From positions 15,021 to 79,020 of the forward strand of contig CANEGO010000005.1 of the NCBI GenBank assembly GCA_947427095.1: a stretch of 64,000 nt of DNA. The letters run 5' to 3'. The translations under genes were made by a program, and so were the position numbers. A model generated the notes under the pieces. It was not told where the DNA came from, searched no databases, and worked only from the letters and a program-made list of their open reading frames with translations. Below are positions 59,123-64,000 of this stretch, piece after piece; position 1 is the stretch's first letter; each line of letters opens with the position of its first letter. The stretch is from an uncultured Clostridium sp. Its GTDB lineage: Bacteria > Bacillota_I > Bacilli_A > RF39 > UBA660.

Positions 59123-61666
59123 TTAATCAAAGTTATCTAAAAAGTCATCGATGGTCATAAACTTATCATCAATTTCCTTTATTGATACTTCTTTTTTTTC
59201 TTTAGCTTCTTCTTTAGTAACCGGTTTAGATACTTCTTTTGGTGCTTCTATATTATCTCCAGTTAAGCTTGCTATGTCAGATACTAAATCTATTTTTGAT
59301 TTAGTAATGCTACTACCAGTAGAATATCTATCCATAATAGGAATCTCAGTTAACTTAAGCTCCTTATCTTTACCACTTACTTTTAATAATATATTGCGTT
59401 TAGCATCACCTACAAATACTTTTATGATTTCCTGTGGATTGCTTTTTACTTCTCTTAGTAATAATAAACCTCTTTTCGCGCGTGATGTTTTTTCAAACTC
59501 GGAAAGCTTAACACGCTTTGCAAGTCCCTTATGAGTTATAACAGTTACGTATTCTGCTTCCCCATCAAACACGCATCCACTTGCTACTTCATCGTCCTTT
59601 AGATTAATTGCTTTAACTCCCGCAGTTTTTAAACCTATTACAGGTATCTCTGATCTATCATACCAAAGCCCATAACCTTTTTTAGTTGCGATAAACACTT
59701 CGTTATAAGCTCCCATTGTAACATCTACTACTTCATCATTATCCTTTAGCTTAATAAAAGTAATTGGTTTTGAGTAACGTTGCACAACAAAGTCAGATAA
59801 AACAGACTTTTTAGTCATACCATTTTTAGTAAACGTAATTATTTCACGATCATCAAATTTAGATATTGGAAGTGCTTTTATTACCTTTTCATCTTGGGTT
59901 ATTGGTACTATGTTACTTACATGTTTACCAAGTTCTTTCCATTTAAGCTCTGGTAATTCATGTACTGGTATATATAAATAATTACCTTTGTTAGTAAATA
60001 AAAGTAGTGTATCAAGAGTATTTTGTTCAAATAATCCAATTACAAAGTCATCTTCCTTAACCAGTGTTGCTTCTCCATCTGATGCAGCATAAGATTTTTT
60101 AGACACACGTTTTACGTACCCTTCGTTTGAAATAGCAACAATAACATCCTCTTTTGGTATCATTGCGCTCATATCTATCTTAATTTCTGTTATCTCATCT
60201 TTAATAATGGTTTTTCTAGAAATAGCAAATTCTTTCTTAACCGCTCTTAATTCTTCTTTCATAACCTTTTTAAGTTCGTTTTCATCAGATAAGATAAGTT
60301 CATATTCTTTTACCAACTCTTCTAAAGCTTTCATCTCGTTTTCAACATCCGTTATATCAGTATTAGTTAAACGATATAATTGTAACATTACGATTGCGGT
60401 TGCTTGTCTTTCGGTAAATGAAAACTCTTTTATTAAGTTAGCGATTGCATCCGCTTTATTTTTAGAAGCTCTAATTACTTTTATTACTTCGTCTAAAATA
60501 CTTATTGCCTTAAGTAAACCTTCTAAAATATGTAATCTGTCTTTAGCGTGTGCTAAATCAAATTTAGTACGCCTTGTTACTACATCTTTTTTATGATTAA
60601 TAAACGCATCAAGAATACCAAGTACCCCTACTTGTCTTGGCCTACGATTAACTATTGCAATCATGTTAAAACTATATGATACTTGCATATCAGTATTTTT
60701 AAGTAAATAGTTAGTAACAAGATCTACGTTAGCATCTTTTTTTAGTTCTATTACTATTCGAAGCTCTCCACGTGAAGTCTCATCTCTTACCTCTTGTATA
60801 CCTTCTATTTTTTTATCAATTCTAATATCATTCATCTTTTTAACAAGCGCTGCTTTATTAACTTCGTATGGTATTTCGGTAATAACAATCATTTGTTTAC
60901 CTTTATCTTTAACTACTTCATATTTAGATTTAACGATTATTTTACCTTTACCAGTTTCGTATGCATTTTTAATTTCTTTAGATCCTTCTATTACACCACC
61001 AGTCGGAAAATCTGGACCAGGCATAACTTCTAATACCGAATCTAATCTGCAATTCGGAGAATCTATTCTTTTAATGGTTGCATCGATTACCTCTCCTAGA
61101 TTATGGGTTGGAATATTCGTTGCATAACCTGCTGATATACCTGTTGATCCATTTACTAAAAGATTAGGAAATCCCGCAGGAAGTACTACTGGTTCCATCA
61201 AGGTATCATCGTAGTTTGGAGCCATTTCAACGGTATCTTTGTTGATATCATTTAAAAGTACGTTACTTATTTTAGCTAGTCTTGCTTCGGTGTAACGCAT
61301 TGCTGCTGCTCCATCACCGTCCATTGAACCATTATTACCATGCATATCAATGTATGGAGTCATCATCTTCCAATCCTGACTCATTCTAACTAATGCATCA
61401 TAAATTGATGAGTCACCATGTGGATGGTAGTTACCCATTATTTCACCAACTGCTTTAGCACTTTTACGATACTTTTTATCATAGGTATTACCTGATTTAT
61501 ACATCGCGTATAAAATTCTTCTTTGAACAGGCTTTAAGCCATCTCTTACGTCAGGAAGTGCACGATCTAAAATGATGGTTTTAGCATATCTACCAAAACG
61601 TTCACCCATTATCTCTTCTAGTGAATATTCTTCTATTCTTTGTAATACTTCTTTCATTTTGTGCAC
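59123..61666 (-). CDS. parC: DNA topoisomerase IV subunit A
   Basis: ParC-type N-terminus (EEIMGERFGRYAK...MSQDWK..HGNNGS) and no GyrA box. Confidence 0.85.
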   Translation of the reverse strand: MHKMKEVLQRIEEYSLEEIMGERFGRYAKTIILDRALPDVRDGLKPVQRRILYAMYKSGNTYDKKYRKSAKAVGEIMGNYHPHGDSSIYDALVRMSQDWKMMTPYIDMHGNNGSMDGDGAAAMRYTEARLAKISNVLLNDINKDTVEMAPNYDDTLMEPVVLPAGFPNLLVNGSTGISAGYATNIPTHNLGEVIDATIKRIDSPNCRLDSVLEVMPGPDFPTGGVIEGSKEIKNAYETGKGKIIVKSKYEVVKDKGKQMIVITEIPYEVNKAALVKKMNDIRIDKKIEGIQEVRDETSRGELRIVIELKKDANVDLVTNYLLKNTDMQVSYSFNMIAIVNRRPRQVGVLGILDAFINHKKDVVTRRTKFDLAHAKDRLHILEGLLKAISILDEVIKVIRASKNKADAIANLIKEFSFTERQATAIVMLQLYRLTNTDITDVENEMKALEELVKEYELILSDENELKKVMKEELRAVKKEFAISRKTIIKDEITEIKIDMSAMIPKEDVIVAISNEGYVKRVSKKSYAASDGEATLVKEDDFVIGLFEQNTLDTLLLFTNKGNYLYIPVHELPELKWKELGKHVSNIVPITQDEKVIKALPISKFDDREIITFTKNGMTKKSVLSDFVVQRYSKPITFIKLKDNDEVVDVTMGAYNEVFIATKKGYGLWYDRSEIPVIGLKTAGVKAINLKDDEVASGCVFDGEAEYVTVITHKGLAKRVKLSEFEKTSRAKRGLLLLREVKSNPQEIIKVFVGDAKRNILLKVSGKDKELKLTEIPIMDRYSTGSSITKSKIDLVSDIASLTGDNIEAPKEVSKPVTKEEAKEKKEVSIKEIDDKFMTIDDFLDNFD

Positions 61667-61670
61667 CTCC

Positions 61671-63581
61671 TTACTTTAACATCTCGTAGTTATCTTCTAA
61701 TGTAAAGTCTACGTTTTCTTCTATCCATTCTTTTCTAGGTTCAACCTTATCACCCATAAGAACGGATACTCTTTTTTCTGCTAAGGCAACGTCAGTTATC
61801 TTAACCCTAAATAAGCTTCTCTTTTCCGGATCCATGGTTGTTTCCCAAAGTTGCGTTGCATCCATTTCACCAAGACCTTTGTATCTTTGTAAGTCTTCCA
61901 TCTTACGACCATTAGTTACTTCTTTTAACTCATCATCAGAGTAAACATATACTTCTTCTTTCTTAGAGAAAGATACTTTATATAAAGGTGGATTTGCAAT
62001 GTATACGCGTCCAGCTTCTATGAGTGGCCTCATGTAACGATAGAAGAATGTTACAAGTAAAACTTGTATATGACATCCATCATCATCAGCATCGGTCATT
62101 ATTATTATTTTATCGTAATTACAATCTTCAATGTGGAAATCTGGTCCAACACCCGCACCTATCGTGTATATTAAAGTGTTTATCTCAGCGTTTTTATAAG
62201 CTTCATCCATGGTACATCTTTCGGTATTTAAAACCTTACCACGAAGCGGTAATATTGCTTGGAAACTTCTTTCACGACCAGTTTTTGCACTACCGCCTGC
62301 TGAATCTCCTTCGACTATGAATAATTCGTTTTTCTTAGGATCTTTTTTAGTTGCTGGTGCTAACTTATCAGATAAATTCTTTTCTTTAGCGTTTTTATTT
62401 TTTCCCTTGCGAGCCTCTTCCCTTGCTTTTCTAGCTGCTTCTCTTGCAGCTTTTCCTTTTAAGGCTTTATTTATTATATCGGTTGCTATTCCTTTATTTT
62501 CTTCTAGAAAATACTGCATCTTTTCATAAACGATTTGATCAACAACCGTTTTAGCAAGTGGCGTTCCAAGTTTACCTTTAGTTTGTCCTTCAAATTGTAA
62601 TAAATCTTCAGGAATCTTTAAAGATAAAATAACGGTTAATCCTTCTCTTACGTCACTACCTTCAAAGTTTTTATCTTTAGCTTTCAAATACCCATTACTT
62701 CTAGCGTATTCATTAAACGCTTTAGTAAGAGCACTTTTTAAACCTACCTCATGGCTTCCACCATCGCTTGTCTTAACGTTGTTAACGAAAGATACAACGT
62801 TTTCGTTATATGAATCAGTGTATTGCAAAGCACACTCTACTTCTATCTTGTTTTTAGTTCCTTCAAAACCTACAACGTTATGAATCGTTTTTTTACCCTC
62901 GTTTAAATATGATACGAACTCTTCTAAACCTCTTTCGTAATGGAAATGTGCTTCTTTTTCGTCTTCTTCATCTATTACGTCAATCATAAGACCTTTTATT
63001 AAAAAAGCTGATTCTTGCATTCTTTCACAAATGGTTGTAAATGAAAAAGTAGTAGTTGAAAATATTTCATCATCAGGCATAAACCTAACGGTTGTTCCTG
63101 TTCTGTTAGTGGTACCAACCTTTTTTAAATCTTCATCTAAATGTCCACCGTCTTTAAATGATATTTCGTATTTACCACCATCACGATTTATGCTTACCTT
63201 CATCCATTTGGAAAGTGCATTAACAACTGATGCACCAACACCGTGCAGTCCGCCTGATACTTTATATCCACCTTCTTGGAATTTACCACCAGCATGAAGT
63301 ACAGTATAAATAACCTCTGGAGTTGATTTTCCAGATTCATGCTTTCCAACTGGTACACCACGACCTTCATCAGAAACTGATACGGAACCATCCTTATGAA
63401 TAGTAACTTTTAAATGATTACCATACCCGTTTATCGCTTCATCGATACCATTGTCAACTATTTCCCAGACAAGATGGTGTAAACCTCTTTTGTCAGTTGA
63501 TCCTATATACATACCAGGTCTTTTTCTTACTGCTTCAAGACCTTCTAATATTTTAATTGATGATTCATCATATTTTGCCAT
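61671..63581 (-). CDS. parE: DNA topoisomerase IV subunit B
   Basis: GHKL ATPase, TOPRIM (EGDSAGGS) and PLRGK motifs. Adjacent to parC. Confidence 0.85.
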   Translation of the reverse strand: MAKYDESSIKILEGLEAVRKRPGMYIGSTDKRGLHHLVWEIVDNGIDEAINGYGNHLKVTIHKDGSVSVSDEGRGVPVGKHESGKSTPEVIYTVLHAGGKFQEGGYKVSGGLHGVGASVVNALSKWMKVSINRDGGKYEISFKDGGHLDEDLKKVGTTNRTGTTVRFMPDDEIFSTTTFSFTTICERMQESAFLIKGLMIDVIDEEDEKEAHFHYERGLEEFVSYLNEGKKTIHNVVGFEGTKNKIEVECALQYTDSYNENVVSFVNNVKTSDGGSHEVGLKSALTKAFNEYARSNGYLKAKDKNFEGSDVREGLTVILSLKIPEDLLQFEGQTKGKLGTPLAKTVVDQIVYEKMQYFLEENKGIATDIINKALKGKAAREAARKAREEARKGKNKNAKEKNLSDKLAPATKKDPKKNELFIVEGDSAGGSAKTGRERSFQAILPLRGKVLNTERCTMDEAYKNAEINTLIYTIGAGVGPDFHIEDCNYDKIIIMTDADDDGCHIQVLLVTFFYRYMRPLIEAGRVYIANPPLYKVSFSKKEEVYVYSDDELKEVTNGRKMEDLQRYKGLGEMDATQLWETTMDPEKRSLFRVKITDVALAEKRVSVLMGDKVEPRKEWIEENVDFTLEDNYEMLK

Positions 63582-63680
63582 AAAAAACCATCTCCTTACC
63601 TTCTTAACCTACAAAAGCATTATATCATAAGAATTTAAAAAAGTGCAAAATTCTTGACACTTTTTGTCATATCTTTAAAT

Positions 63681-64000
63681 TTACTTAACTTTTTCTTTTA
63701 CTTTGTTTAACTTATAAGTAGTTAGAAAAATATCTAAATCACTTACGTATTCTAGTATTAACTTATTGTTCTTTCTTGATATTATTATACCCATTGTTTT
63801 ATTGTGATTAGGTTCTTTTAACGTTTTATCTATTACTTTCATATAATTTAAGGTTTGTCCAATATCTTTTGCAGTTACTTGCGTCTTTTTTAGTTCACAC
63901 GCTATAAACCTATTTAATTTATAGTTGAAAAATAGTAAATCTATAAAGTAATTTTTATCATTATACGTTACTTTATTTTCACTCCCTACAAAAGTAAATC
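63681..64000 (-). CDS. PDDEXK-nuclease-like protein of the DUF1016/YhcG family (partial; N-terminus beyond the window)
   Basis: C-terminal ...DLLFFNYKLNRFIACELK...GQTLNYMKVIDK...TMGIIISRKNN. Terminator at 63625-63660 overlaps the parE promoter TTGCAC-18-TGaTATAAT. Confidence 0.55.
   Translation of the reverse strand, partial: FTFVGSENKVTYNDKNYFIDLLFFNYKLNRFIACELKKTQVTAKDIGQTLNYMKVIDKTLKEPNHNKTMGIIISRKNNKLILEYVSDLDIFLTTYKLNKVKEKVK

Noticed and set aside
59123-63581. Alternative call as gyrA/gyrB
   Set aside because: The A subunit has the ParC-type N-terminus (EEIMGERFGRYAK, MSQDWK) and no GyrA box (QRRGGKG) in the C-terminal domain, and the B subunit resembles ParE, so topoisomerase IV is preferred. 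The choice rests on remembered sequence patterns and is not certain.

Overview
Low-GC (~28 %) Firmicutes chromosomal segment that reads in the standard genetic code, almost entirely on the minus strand. Sporulation markers (CotE, a Cse60-like peptide, a YutH/CotS-like protein, YtxG/YtxH) and ordinary housekeeping genes place it in a spore-forming Clostridia/Bacilli-like organism.

Gene content by region:
- An accessory islet at 1-2510: a TetR regulator, a DinD/Bro-N-like protein and an Abi_2 abortive-infection gene bracketed by imperfect repeats of a terminator-like hairpin.
- One ~12 kb run of 15 minus-strand genes (14737 down to 2568). It starts with an M29 aminopeptidase, runs through aspS and a set of uncharacterised enzymes (SDRs, cupins, aldo/keto reductase, MBL, HD, DUF3830-like), and ends with gatCAB. 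Directly upstream are a sigma-A promoter and a T-box leader whose specifier reads AAC (Asn), and just beyond that a tRNA-Asn gene.
- A kinase-like gene, a Rieske/FAD oxidoreductase, tRNA-fMet and tRNA-Ser, a truncated metallophosphoesterase remnant, and a six-tRNA cluster (Val-Thr-Tyr-Gln-Lys-Leu).
- S1-domain, NifU-like and YutH-like genes, rny, a D-Ala-D-Ala carboxypeptidase, a HAD hydrolase, htpG behind a CIRCE-like operator, uppP, holA and a heterodimeric ABC exporter.
- infC-rpmI-rplT with an L20-type attenuator leader; L20 carries a ~75-aa C-terminal extension ending in a Rho_N/SAP-like motif. An LRR protein and a P-loop NTPase sit between this operon and rpe.
- rlmN-prpC-prkC-rsgA-rpe, with fmt upstream. 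Where rsmB would normally sit there are a hypothetical gene and a DUF1540 gene, and a 9-nt poly-C tract lies in the spacer of the hypothetical gene's promoter.
- rseP, cdsA, a candidate type I toxin-antitoxin module (26-aa hydrophobic peptide plus convergent sRNA), KH-domain protein and rpsP, cotE, ytxG/ytxH, a GH25 lysozyme, trmB, a MurJ/SpoVB-like flippase, parC/parE and a partial DUF1016 nuclease.

No CRISPR array, transposase or integrase was seen.
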